Origin: the human T2T-CHM13v2.0 reference genome, Homo sapiens
Reading direction: 5' to 3' (one strand)
Assembly: GCF_009914755.1 (NCBI RefSeq)
Contig: NC_060925.1
DNA length: 64,000 nt
The number at the start of each line of letters is the position of its first letter. The stretch's first letter is position 1. A program made the position numbers and the translations under genes. The notes under the pieces were generated by a model. The model was given only the letters and a program-made list of their open reading frames with translations. It ran no database searches and had not been told where the DNA came from. This document shows positions 39,210-56,840 of this stretch, piece by piece.

Positions 39210-39725
39210 TGTGTTGTCCCCAGATACATCCTCCTTTCCTCCCTCCCTAGTAGCTAACTTTTCCATTTTGTAAAGCATGTGTTTCTTGGCAACAGACTCC
39301 TTTCCTGATTTAAGAGTTAGAGCATGCAACCCACGTCAGGCCAATGAATGCATTTTCTCTACCAACCTCAGTGAATCCAGAGGGGCCCTGTGACCAAAGC
39401 TGCTCCCATCAGAGGAATATCAGGACTCATTAGCAATACTGAAATAATGCTTTTTTCCTTCTTGGCTGTGAGAAGCACATAGCTCCAGGAAGTTGGTGCT
39501 GTCATTTGAGCACCACGGTAGGAGTCATCTTTAGGATGAAGTGATAGCCCGGAAGGCAGAGCAAAGAAAAAGAAAGAACTAGACACTTGGTGACAATGTT
39601 GGGTGGCTGGATCAAGCCTCATTTGATACTTCTGGATTTTTCACCTACAGAAGGCCTTATATCCCTTTTTATTGTTTAAATCATTTGGAATTGTGTTTTC
39701 TTTAAGTGCAGTTGAATGAATTCCA
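39210..39725 (+). mobile_element. MLT1K-like LTR
   Basis: GGCCAATGAATGCATT..TGGATCAAGCC..TCTGGATTTTTCA..TTGTTTAAATCATTTGG. Confidence 0.7.
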
Positions 39726-39744
39726 ACTGAGAGAGGAATAATGG

Positions 39745-39930
39745 GAGAGCAGAGTGATTATAGGATAAAGGTGGGGCCTGGGAGCCAACTGTCGATTTAA
39801 CATGAACCTGAGAGTAACCGGGCATATCTCCTCCACCCGGGGGCAGATATCCTAAACCCTTACTCTCAGAGATCAACACGGAGTCTCTGAAATCTTTACC
39901 CTCATAAAAATGAGGGTAAATATTTCTTTG
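39745..39930 (+). mobile_element. MIR remnant
   Basis: Degenerate MIR head and core (TCTCTGAAATCTTTACCCTCATAAAAATGAGG). Confidence 0.5.
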
Positions 39931-42204
39931 TTTTTGTTATATTGAGATGATTAAATCTAATATTTTTGTGGGAAAGAGAGATACCTCAGTTCACTGGTGT
40001 GGTATGTCTGCACAAGTGCTGATGGAGAAGGCATGGTTAGCTGGCGAAAATATATGCCATTGGCCTCCTTCCTCACAGCATGAATGCGTGAAATCTCAAC
40101 GGGCAGCAGAGAAGAAGTATAGAAGGCAACTGCCTTGGCCAGAGGTTTCAGGTCAACCACTCGGGGATCTGAATTACACTGCAGAGTTGAGTAGAAATTA
40201 GTGTGTGGAATAAAAATGTTTAAAAGTTATATTTAAAGATAAATAGTTATCTTAAAAACTCTCTGACTGGAGAGGTTTTTAAAAAGACAAGGGTTAAAAC
40301 GTCACGGCCTGTGTCAGGTATCTAAAACAATGTCTTCTCCCCTTTTCTGAGGGAAGGGTCTGCCATGGTGATTTAAGCAGAGAGAAAGCAGGGACCTGTG
40401 GCCTGAGAGGAGCCTGAGAAATGACGGGGAGCATTCCTAGGGATGCAGAAATGCAGAACGCAATGCCTTCGTCGACGTCTCTGAAACCTGGTGGGATCGA
40501 GTTCATAACCAGTATGGGAGCAGTCCTACCAGGGCATTAGAATTCAAGAGAGCTAATTTGGGGGAATTAAAAAAAAAAATCTAGTGAGTATGGTATTGAA
40601 GTAGGGAATACTAAAGCCCAGGAGAAGGGCAGGCTGCTGGAATATCCACCATAATTAAAGCAGATTACAATTGCTCTGAGAAAAGAGGGACGCAAAGAGT
40701 TAGAATATCCAGTGCACCCGTCGAGACTGATGGGACGGAGGCTCTGTAATGGCAGTGAGGAAATTGGGAGGGAACCCTACAGAAATTTTTCATAATACCT
40801 ATTCTTTTTTTTTTTTAAAGAGGAAATGATAATTATGACAAAAACCAGAATGGAAAAGCTGAATAAAGTAGCTACGTGAAAGGAGAGGCATTTGTGTCTC
40901 ATATGGGGGAGCAAAGCAAGCAAGGCCACTAATACAAATCAGAATATTTGCAGCAATAATCTGTTTTTAAACTCTTTTAAAATGAGCGGCAGGGAAAAAA
41001 AAGGAAACTTAGAAAAAAAATACTGACACCTCTGTTAAAGTCACAAAGCAGAAAAAAATAATTTTGAGCAGGTACACTGACATATTTGGAAATCAACAGA
41101 TCTACATGACAGACACAGGGTAGCTGTTAAAGAAGACAGATGACAAATTTAGACCCAACAATTTTTTTCTCTCCCTTCGGAGTGGGAAAGGGAGTGTGGA
41201 GTTGAATCTGTTTGATACTTTTCCTTCCTTTTAATTCTATTTTTTTTAAAGGAACTACATCAGAAAGTTACCAGTACATTCTATAGTAATTAAAATAAAG
41301 TAAAGCAAAACAGACTCATTGAGCCATAAATGAAAACTGAGGAATGTTAACAAGCAAGCGGAAGTGTGATATGTGAAAAGAAGGTAGTGGCTATTAACAG
41401 GACTACAGAAATAAACCTGGAAAATATCCCTTGAAAAGCCTGACGATACCACTTTAATAAAATTAAAAATTGTCCGACTCTATTTGACACATCTGTGAGC
41501 ATGACAGCAGCACCACTCACAGAAATAGCTGTACAGCAGATAGTCCTGGGCAGGTCCACCGGATGGCCTGTGAATTAAGTATATATGTCAATCAGCTGGC
41601 ATCTCATATTTATGGAACATTCATGATGTGCAGAGCATTAGTTAACCCTTATGGGCAATTTCTACCTCCAAGAAGTATGAGGCTACTTGAAAACAAAGTA
41701 ACACATGTATAAAAATAGTTACTAGCATAAAGCAGTATAGGCTTACTGCACATTAGGCTCAGGAGAACGCAGCACAGCTGGGACCTGAGTTTAGAATTCA
41801 GATACAGAAGACTACACAATTCTAGGCCAGAGTAGAAAGGCAGAATTATCCAACATTATTTTTTTAAAGGTGGAGTTAGGAGAGGGCAATTAAGTTTATC
41901 AGTCTACTTGGAGTAGAAGAATTCAAAAGTGGGAACTGAGATTTCACCAAAAATAAGAAATTAATTGAGAATGGATTATAAACCTGAAAGTGAAATGCAA
42001 AATAATAAAACATCTAGAAGAAAACATAAGAAAACATTGACATATTGCCATGATCTTGGGGAAAGATTTTTTAAACAAGATACAATAAAGCACTAAACAT
42101 AAAACATACATTAATTGAACTACATTAAAATTAAGAACTTCTCAATCAAAAGCAGCCATTAAGACAGTAAAAAAGCAAGCCATAGACTGAGAGAATGTAT
42201 TTGC

Positions 42205-42395
42205 TATCTAGCTACATATCTACACATATACATGTCATATATATACACATGTATTAACACGTCATATATATACACATATCTACATATCTACACATATACA
42301 TGTCATATATATACACATGTATTTTTATATATGTACATGTATTTGGAAATGTATGTAAAATATCTGGCAAATAACTTATATATAGAATATATAAA
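42205..42395. repeat. AT/CA-rich minisatellite with a perfect 44-bp direct repeat
   Basis: 42212-42255 is identical to 42280-42323. Confidence 0.9.
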
Positions 42396-42577
42396 AAGCT
42401 TCCATTAAAAAAAAGAAAAAGAAAGTTGCCAAATTAAAAAAAAATGGGCAAAAGACTTGAACAAGTACTTCATAAAAAATGACATCCAAGTGGCTAATAA
42501 GCATGGGAAAAGGTGATCAATGCAATTAGCAGAAAAATGAAAATTAAAATCATAATGAGATGTTACTACACACCTAC

Positions 42578-43683
<1,106 letters not shown>

Positions 43684-43898
43684 CTACCAGAACGGTGAAA
43701 ATTGAAAGGACTTACAATACCAAGTGTTGGCAAAGATGTGGAACAAATGGAATTCTATGTATTACTTGCTGGTTGGAGTAAAAATTTCTTAAACTCCTTT
43801 GGAAACTATTTGGTAGCTTCTATAAAGCCAAACATTTATACACTCTACCAGAAATTCTACTTCTAGGAATACACCCAACAGAAATGAGTGCTTATGTT

Positions 43899-43918
43899 CA
43901 CACACACACACACACACA
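43899..43918. repeat. (CA)n microsatellite
   Basis: Seen directly in the sequence. Confidence 0.9.
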
Positions 43919-44646
43919 ATGTGTACAGAAATATTCATAGCAGTTTTTTTATAGTGCCCCCCAAAGAGGAAACCATTTGTTCATAAATTAAAAAATATAA
44001 GTAAATTATGATATATACAAAAGATAGAGCACTGTGAGTATTGAAAAAGAACAGCTCTACATAATGGTATCTTATTATGCCCAGTGAATAACGGAAGCCA
44101 GGCATAAGGGTACATGTTGCATAACTGCATTCATATGAAATTGAAAACAGGAAAAACCAATCCATGTTGATTATGGTTAGAATAGTGGTCACCTTTGGGA
44201 GTATAGTCTGAAAGGGGAATGAGAGCTTTCTGGGGGATTGGTAATGTTGCGTAACTTGGATTCAGTAATGGTTTCTTGGGTGACTGCATATGTAAAACAT
44301 TTACTAATCTTTACACTTAAGATTTGTCCCCTTAATTGTATGTAATTCACACCTCAATTTAAATGGAGGTATCAGAAAAAACAATTGAAGAGGACATTAA
44401 AAGAGAAAAAATATAAATATTTATTCTTTCTTACCTCCCTTCAGGATTTAGGAGTCAGATTATGGAGAGTATCTAATCACAGGATGAGGAAGCTGATTCT
44501 GTTTTGTTGGCAATAATAAGCTGTTGCAAACTTTTTGGGCAAAGTTGATATTTTAGGAAGATTAACTTTATATACAAATATGGAGAAAATATTGGAAAAG
44601 AGAGAGAATGAAAGGGAACAAAGAAAGTCATTAAGAAGCAGTTATC

Positions 44647-45185
<539 letters not shown>

Positions 45186-45942
45186 TTAGGGTACAATAAT
45201 AAATGAATTTTAATTTTTCAATAGATCAATTGAGATCCCATTTACATGTATTTTTAGGAATTGTAGTATTTCACTTTTGAGGTTCACCGATTCTGAATTG
45301 TCCAGGAACTCTGAGGAATTGCACTGTTCAAAGGACGGCAGAACTGTATCACACTTCAGCCGCTAAGCGTCGCTGCTGAAGACTGGTTCTGCACTTGCAG
45401 GGATGCAGTGGGGCATGCATGCCTTCCCTGGGGAAGCAAAGTAATAAATTTTTAATTCAGTTTCATTTGGTTAAGCCATTTTTTCTTCAAACCTCAACAC
45501 TGTTCCATGGTGGCTGGATCCAGATGCGCTTCCGGACTCAGGCATAGGTTGTGCTGGAATCAGTTCTCCAATCCAACCCTTAGGTGATTGTGTTGAGTTC
45601 AAGTCATGGACCAGGCCCTGTACCCACTGGTAGGTATTTCTTTAGGGGCTTTTGAGACCTCTCCTGTCAGTAGACCTTGGACAGAGCAACTGCAGTTGGA
45701 CATGACAGCTACCTATCAACTTGAATGTTAGAGAACCTGAGAGCTTTGATCTCCTTATAAAAATTGCTTAACTCTGCTTCCAGAACTTTCTATACTTAAG
45801 GACCTCACATGGTACCATCTTTGCACTATCTTTTTCAAGCCACTCTACAGTTTTGCTATGGGCCTTTCCCTATGGTAATACATCTTCACCTTCCTCCTCA
45901 CACGTTGTTAACAAGAGGGGTCCATTCAGGTGAAGCCTATCA

Positions 45943-46290
<348 letters not shown>

Positions 46291-46589
46291 TCATTCGTGG
46301 GCAGAGAAACAGCTGAAATCATTTCTAAAATTACACCTTATCAGGTAAGTAGAGCATTATATAAATAGCCTTTGCTAAAAAAAAAAAGATAAAAAATTTA
46401 AAAAATGGAAAATCAAACAACCTAAGTTCATTTGCATCTATTTAGTATATGATGATTAAAAATTCTTATGCATCATATGCTAAAACAATAGCCGGCCTAT
46501 TTTCTATAAAGAAAAATTAAACTAGAATTTATGACTATTTAAAGGGGCTAAAATAAAAATGAAATAAGCAATTAAATTAACATGTGTAG

Positions 46590-47145
46590 ATGGTTTAGTG
46601 GGATAAAAAGTAGACTTGGGGCCGGGCGCGGTTGTTCATGCCTGTAATCCCAGCACTTTGGGAGGCCGAGGAGGGCGGATCACAAGGTCAGGAGATCCAG
46701 ACCATCCTGGCTAACATAGTGAAACCGTGTCTCTACTAAAAATACAAAAAAATTAGCCAGGCGTGGTGGCAGGCGCCTGTAATCCCAGCTACTCGGGAGG
46801 CTGAAGCAGGAGAATGGCATGAATCCGGGAGGCAGAGCTTGCAGTGAGCCGAGACAGGCCACTGCACTCAAGCCTGGGCGACAGAGCAAGACTCCGTCCC
46901 CCCCCAAAAAAATATAAAGAAATAAAATAAAATAAATTTAAAAATAAAAAATGAAAGGAGACTTGGAACTCGAAAAACTGAGTTCAAATCATGTTTCTGC
47001 TATTTATTAGCTGTGTGAGCTTATTAGTTTATTAATTTCTCTGAGCCTGTTTTAAAACATGAAAAGTAAAACATCTTCAAAAAGTTGGTGTGAGACCATT
47101 ATGAAGGCATCTAGCACACAGCTAGTCCAATAGGAAAACGTCAGT
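46590..47145 (+). mobile_element. MIR split by AluY
   Basis: MIR head before 46620; GAGTTCAAATC..TAGCTGTGTGA..TCTCTGAGCCT after 46967. Confidence 0.7.
46620..46953 (+). mobile_element. AluY
   Basis: Y diagnostics; TSD AAAG(T/G)AGACTTGG. Confidence 0.95.
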
Positions 47146-47152
47146 GAGTAAT

Positions 47153-47476
47153 TTTTTTTTTTTTTTTTGAGACAGAGTCTTGCTCTGTCGCCCAGGCTGG
47201 AGTGCAGCGGCACAATCTCGGCTCACTGCACCCTCTACCCGCCCCCCCTCCCCACCCCCCGGCCTCTCCCCCAGGCTCAAGTGATTCTTCTGCCTCAGCC
47301 TCCTGAATAGCTGGGATTACAGACATGCGCCATCACGCCCGGCTAACTTTTGTATTTTCATCAGAGACAGGGTTTCGCCATGTTGGCCAGGCTGGTCTTG
47401 AACTCCTGATCTCAGATCTGCCCGCTTTGGCCTCCCAAAGTGCTGGGAATATAGGCGTGAGCCACCGCGCCCGGCC
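47153..47476 (-). mobile_element. AluSx-like with a C-rich internal expansion
   Basis: Antisense dimer; extra C-runs at 47231-47272. Confidence 0.95.
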
Positions 47477-47749
47477 AGTCAGTGTTTCTAAACTAAAACC
47501 TGACGGGGGGTGGGAGAGGAAGTTTTTTAACAGATGGGTTTCAAGGTGAGTAGTAAATCCTTATTTGTTTATTCATTTGCCTTCATTAGTAATTTGGAAA
47601 ATGAAGCAAACCAGATAAAAGTGACAGTAAATTGCGAAGTAAATTGTGGGATAAATTGTAAGGTATAGTTTTAAAAGAACATAAAATGCTTGAAATAGGT
47701 GGTCATTTTCTTAGGCCTATCATAGGTAAATTTGATGAGGTGGAAGAAA

Positions 47750-48260
47750 ATGCCTCAGAAACTATTCGAAACAAACCTATAGTCCTTGGAACTCAGTGTA
47801 GGAGTCAGAAATCTGTATATCTTAAAAGGCTGGGCTACCATATTTGCATCCACTTCAACACTATAAGGAAAAGGAAAACACAGACTGGATTCAGAGTAGA
47901 ACCATTCCAAATGGTTAATGGAAAGAATTTACCATGAAGAGATTAGCGTCTGTGCAATTGTGTTGAATGATGGCAGGGGTCTCGGTTTGGTATTTGGCAA
48001 AGGTCTTCAAGTGTCTGGGATGAGGAAAAAGAAAATTAACTGAGGACAGGAATAAAATTAACCTGGTAGAAAATAGCATTATTAAGAAAAAAGAACTAAA
48101 CTTTGGCTATGTAACACTTAGGCTGGATTATAGGGAACAAAAACGACCTTTCTGACAGTGGGAACCTCATTTAGGAGTAAAATAACATTAAATGGAAAAA
48201 TAACCCATGAAAAGGTGAATAATTGTCATCTCCCAGAAGATTTTGAAATTATTTTCTGCC
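47750..48260 (+). mobile_element. CR1/L3 LINE remnant
   Basis: TTAGGCTGGATTATAGGGAA..CTTTCTGACAGTG and CTGGATTCAGAGTAGAACC resemble the CR1 3' region. Confidence 0.45.
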
Positions 48261-49603
48261 AAATGGAAATTGGGAAGTCTTCTTATCTATGAAGCTGACT
48301 CCCTGCTGTACTCTATCTCGGCCAATGCTTTAACCCTACTGGGATCTCCGATCCATCGATCCATCTTTTTAGTGTCCCTTTACTCTTGGTGACCTGACTT
48401 CCTTCACTTTCTAGCTTAAATTCCAACTTCAGTTCCTATAATCATTCCCTGGCTTATGGATCTACCTCTCTTGCCCATCTCTAGTATCTCTCCTATAGTC
48501 AAAGTGACCTTTTTTAAAACTTAAGTGAGGAAAGTCAATTCCTTGCTCAAATATTCTAGTAGTTCCCCCATTGGCTTTTAGAAATATATATAAAAATGTC
48601 AGTAGCTACAACACAGAATGCTAAACTTGGTATTTTCACATTAACTTAGCATCCTCACATGGGAGTGAGTGCTCTCCTCTTAGGAGTTTTCTAGCAGAGG
48701 CAAATAAAAAATTTCTTTAGAGGAAGGCACCTTCACTTTGGAGTTTTGTTATTTCCATAGATGAAATCACATAAATATGAGCCCATAATTTACTAAAAAA
48801 ACCCTCCAAACATACAAGGAAACAAACCACCATGAATGGACATCAGTTGAAACAACAAAGATCCAGACTCACAAAGACTTCATATATTAACTTGGTACAC
48901 ATAAAATATAAAATAAATACACATATAATGTTTAAGAAAATAAGAGGGCATAAAAGTAAGTAACTTTCCAAGAAACCTTAAAAAAATCCTTGAAAGTTTT
49001 GGGAGGGGGGAGAAAGCCCAAACTGAATATGTATGGATAAAAATATTGCAATTAGAAACAGATACTAATGGAGATAAAATGTATAAACTGAAAGGTAGAT
49101 CTGAATAAATTATAAAGAATGCCACCCAGAGAGCTTTGTCACCCAGAGAGACAAGAAGATAGAAAATAGGAAGGAGAATGTAAGAGTCATTGAATACAAA
49201 ATGAGGAGTTCTAACAGACATCTAGTAAGAGTTATAAAGAAAAACAGGGCGATTAAGAGGGTTGTAATAACCGGAGTCTACAGCTCAGAATTTCCTGAAA
49301 CTGACAAAATAGAAGAATCCACAGACAAAACAAACACAATTTTGCCAAGCCACTATAACTAAGACATCCACAACTAGACACATTACAGTGTATCTGCAGA
49401 TCACTGGAGACAAAGAGAAAACATCTTAGCAGCAGCCAGACAGAAAAGGTGACTTGCAAAGCAATGACAATTTTACCCACAACAGACTTTGCATCAGTGA
49501 TAATGGACACAACAAAAAATAGGAAAAAAAAAAATCCGTGTGTTGAAAGATAATCCACCTAGAATTGTGTACCTAACAAAATATCTTTTAAAAAATGAGG
49601 AGA

Positions 49604-49962
<359 letters not shown>

Positions 49963-51363
49963 TTAGCTAATCTTCATTAAAGGAACTTCTGACTAAGGGA
50001 CTTAAAAATGAATGGTTGCAATGTGAAGTATAAAGATATACGAACGGCTTATTAAACTCAGAGATACTTAAAAAATTATGCTGTCTATATAAAATAATTT
50101 TAAAATAAGGTTTAATTTACAGAGCTTAAAAAAGATGGGATTAAAATGCTGGGCAATACTAGCCTATAAATTAGGAGTGGGGTGGGTCATAGTAAAAGAG
50201 TTCTAAGACCTTCCTATTATTCAGGATAAGACATTACTAAAACTTACACTTTTGGTAAGTTAGCATACATAGTGAAAATTTCAAGAGTGACCTCTAAATT
50301 ATAGAAATAGAATGCATAACATTGAAACCAGTAAAAGGTATAATGTAATATTATAACAAATTCTCAATTACAAGAAACAAGGAAAAAAGCAAGAAAGAGA
50401 CAGAATGGTAGAAACAAATATAAAAGTATCATTACTTATAAAAAATAAAAATAGACAATATGTGCACATTAAATCAGAGTTTGTCATATTGGATAAAGAT
50501 ACAATCCAGTGATATACTGTTACAAGAGACACAACCAAAGTTGAAAGACATAGAAAGGTTTAAATTAAAAGCATGAAAAAATAATAGGCAAATGCTAACC
50601 ACAATAAACATGGGGTGACTGTATTAAACCAAACAAAATAGGCTTTAAGATAAAAAAGAAGCATTCCTGGGAGGATTACTTACATAATTATAATAATTTC
50701 AATTCACCAGGAATATATAACTATTCCAAGTGTGAGCTGACTAGTAAAATAGCCCTAAAAACATGAAAAGGAATAATTATAGAGTTATAAGGGGGAAAGT
50801 ACAAAATCACAGTTGCAGCAGCAGATTGTAACAGGCTTAACAATTTAACTCCCTTAATTATTGATAAATCAATAGACAACACATTAGTAAAGATATAGAA
50901 GAATTTAGCTCTGTTTTTAGCAAGTAAAATAAAATGGACTTCTGTAGAATCACCTCAAAATAGACAATACATATTATATTCAAACACATATGTGATCCTT
51001 ATAAATTTACCACCATATTAATACATACAGCGAGTCACAACAAATTTCTAAGAATTGGTATTACATAGATCATATTGTTTAACTGGAGTGCAATTAAATT
51101 AGAGGCCAATAATAAAGATAAATGAAAATTCCGACATTTTTAAAAATTAAAAACACCTCTAAATTACTCATGGATCAAAGCAAACATCATAATGAAAATA
51201 TAAAACTTATAACTAAGTGATGATAACATTACCTATCAAAACTTATGTGATGTGGTTGAAAACAGGCTGTGAAGGCCATTTATAGCCTAAAATGGTTACA
51301 TTAGAAAAGAAGAAAGGCTAAAAAAAAATGAATGAGTTAAGTATCATACTGAATAATCTAGAC

Positions 51364-53030
<1,667 letters not shown>

Positions 53031-53251
53031 CAAGAGTCAGTAAACTGGCTCAAGCCAAGAGTCAAATCTTGCTCCTGTTTTTGTAAATAAAGTTTTATTG
53101 GAACACACCATGCCCATTCATGTACATTTTGTCTATGGTTGCTTTCATGCTACAATGGCATGAGCCTATTACTTGTAACAGACACTGTATGGTCCACAAA
53201 GCCTAAAATATTGACTACTTGGTCCTTCACAGAAAAGTGTGCCAATGTCTG
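53031..53251 (+). mobile_element. MER58A hAT MITE
   Basis: CCTGTTTTTGTAAATAAAGTTTTATTGGAACAC..AAAGCCTAAAATATT. Confidence 0.9.
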
Positions 53252-54363
53252 AATTAGGCTGTATCAACAGAATAAATCCAACAAATGTACTTGAAGGAGA
53301 CAATGAAGATCAGAAGTTAATGTAAAAAGAAAATGGCATGTGATAGAAAGGATGAATAAAGACAAATGCTAGTTCTTCAAGAAGACTAATGAAATACAAA
53401 AATCTCTGACAAGATTGACTAAAAAAAGTTAAAGGATACTTATAAGCAATAATTATAATCATAAAAGGGGGCTAAAAACATGTCAAAGATTTACAACATA
53501 AGAGAAAAATATAAAAAATTTTATGCTATTTTTAAACTAAACACAGAAATGATAAATATCAAGAAAAATCTGAATTACAAAATCGGACAAAAAAATAAAC
53601 AATTATTCATTGCACATTTAGTTAAAAATCTTACCTTGAAAAAACTAGGGACCAATGGTTTCAGGCAAGTTCTGTAGAATATTCAAAGGATGGATTATTT
53701 CAATCTTATAAATTTTTCTAGAAAACAGAATAAAAGGAATATATAATGCTAGTATTTAATCTAATTTAAAAAATAGGTAAGGACAAAATAACAAAGGTAA
53801 ATTACAGTCTAGTTCCACTTATGAGTTTGACTATCCTAAACAAAGTATTAGAAAACTGCATATACTAGTATATAAGAAAGAATAATTCAGCATGACCAAG
53901 TTTAGTTTATCCAAGTAATTCAAAGAAAGTTTAGAAACTTGATCAATATAATTACTCCAGTAATAGATCAAAGGTGAACAACCAATATTAATTTTTTTAA
54001 TAGATGCAGAAAAAGCACTTGGTAAAATTCAACACTCATGATTTAAAATGCCAACAAAACCCTTAGCGATCAGGAAAAAGGAAAAGTTGCCCACTATTAC
54101 CAGTTCTATTCCACATTCTATTTCACATTCCACATAGCCAGTGCAATAATCCCTTCCCCTTACAAAAGTTAGCAAAATTAAGAACTGACATTATTCTCAA
54201 TTTATTATTTTCTACATAGGAAATATAAAATAATCTTATGGAGATATTTGGAATTAATATCAGAGTTTGGCAAGATTGCTGAATATACAAGCAATATAGC
54301 ATTACAATCGATACATAAAAATAAATTACTATGTACACCTTGACAACAAAACAGAAAACATAC

Positions 54364-54414
54364 TTTCTCTCTCTCTGTCTCTCTCTCTCTATATGTATAT
54401 ATATGTATTTATAT
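54364..54414. repeat. (CT)n(TA)n compound microsatellite
   Basis: Seen directly in the sequence. Confidence 0.85.
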
Positions 54415-54704
54415 ACCTTATAATTTCAACTGAAAATATAAGATGCCTAGGAATAAGAATAAGAAAAAAGAAAAATTTCAAGACCTATTTGGGAAAAATT
54501 TAAAAACTTTATTGAAAGATCTAATAAGTGAGAAGTAAACCATGATCCTGGACAGAAAATCTCAGTAATGTAAGAATTTCGATTATTTCCAATTTTAACT
54601 ATAGATTGATTCCATTACATTACATCGAACAAAATTCCAAAAAGAACTTGATAATGTATAAATTGTGAAATTTACATGTAAGAACAAAGGCCCAAGAATT
54701 TTTA

Positions 54705-55076
<372 letters not shown>

Positions 55077-55505
55077 TTATAAATACATAGTTTCTCAGAT
55101 AATATATTGGCATGGGGATAATGAAGTTGATCAATGCAACAGAATAGGGAACTTACAGGGGAATCTGACAGTTGGCCTGCCATAAATTATGATGATGACC
55201 AGGTTTCCTAGCAGCTCACTGGGAAGTATGGATCACACAGTAAACGGTATTTATATTACTAATTATCCACATGGACAAAAATGAAATTGAATCTGTTTTA
55301 TTCACAAAAACAAATTCCAGATGTATAAAAATGAAACTAGTAAAGACATAACTATAAAACTTTTAGAAGAATGTATATATATATTCAAGAAAATATAAAA
55401 ATTTTGTTGCTACAAAAACAAGATTTGTGAGCTTACAATTGCTCATCAAAAAGCACCATAACAAGAGTAAAAGGATAACAAACTAGAAGATATTTGTAAT
55501 ATATA

Positions 55506-55862
55506 TACTATGGGCTGAATTATGTCCGCCCCCAAATTCATATGTGGCAGGCTTAACCTCCAATGTGATGGTATTTGGGGATGAGCCCTTTGGGAAGTAA
55601 TTAGGGTTAGCTGAGGTCATGAGGGTGGGACACTCATATGGGATTAGTGCCTTCATGAGAAGAGACAGCAGACAGATGGCTCTGTCTACCATAGCAGAGG
55701 CAGCTGTTTGCAAGTCAAGAAAAGAACCCTCACTGGAAACCGACCATGCTGGCATCCTGATCTTAGACTTCGAGCTTCTAGAACTTTGAGAAATAAATTT
55801 TCTGTTGTTTAAGTCACCCAGTTTATGGCATTTTATTATGGTAGCCTGAGCTGACTAAGACA
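55506..55862 (+). mobile_element. MLT1A-like solo LTR
   Basis: CCCCCAAATTCATATG..AATAAATTT..GACTAAGACA; TSD A(T/C)ATA. Confidence 0.9.
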
Positions 55863-56022
55863 ACATATAACCAACAAAGTATTAATATCCTGTATTCATA
55901 AAGAACTCTTGCAAAGTAAACAAGAAAAAAAAAACCCTTCCAAACTGAAAAATGGATAAAGTATTTGAACAGGCATATCACAGAAGAGGAAATACATTTG
56001 AGAAATATAGAGAAAATGCTCA

Positions 56023-56515
<493 letters not shown>

Positions 56516-56840
56516 TTATACCTGAGGCTCTGGCAACTCTTCACCTAGATAAGGTATTCCTTACAGCAGAAGTTTAACAGTGGTGAAATGATGTGTCGAG
56601 AAGCCACAGTGTGCTGTTTGGTCTGCTGAGTAGAGCTGGGAGCAGCTGCAGTTCAGATTAATGCAGGTCTGACAGTGCCATAATGTGAAATAGACTGGAA
56701 AGCTTCACCTGAGTGAATTCCTGGCATATGTACAGGAGGAGATCTTTAAAGGATATGCATAGCAGCTCACTGGGAAAAGGAGGATTAAATAAAAATGGTG
56801 GTATAGTCATAGAATGGAATATTATATAGCACAGAAAATG

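Noticed and set aside
39507-39527. REST/RE1-like TTGAGCACCACGG
   Set aside because: The right half-site GACAG is missing and it lies in a decayed MLT1.
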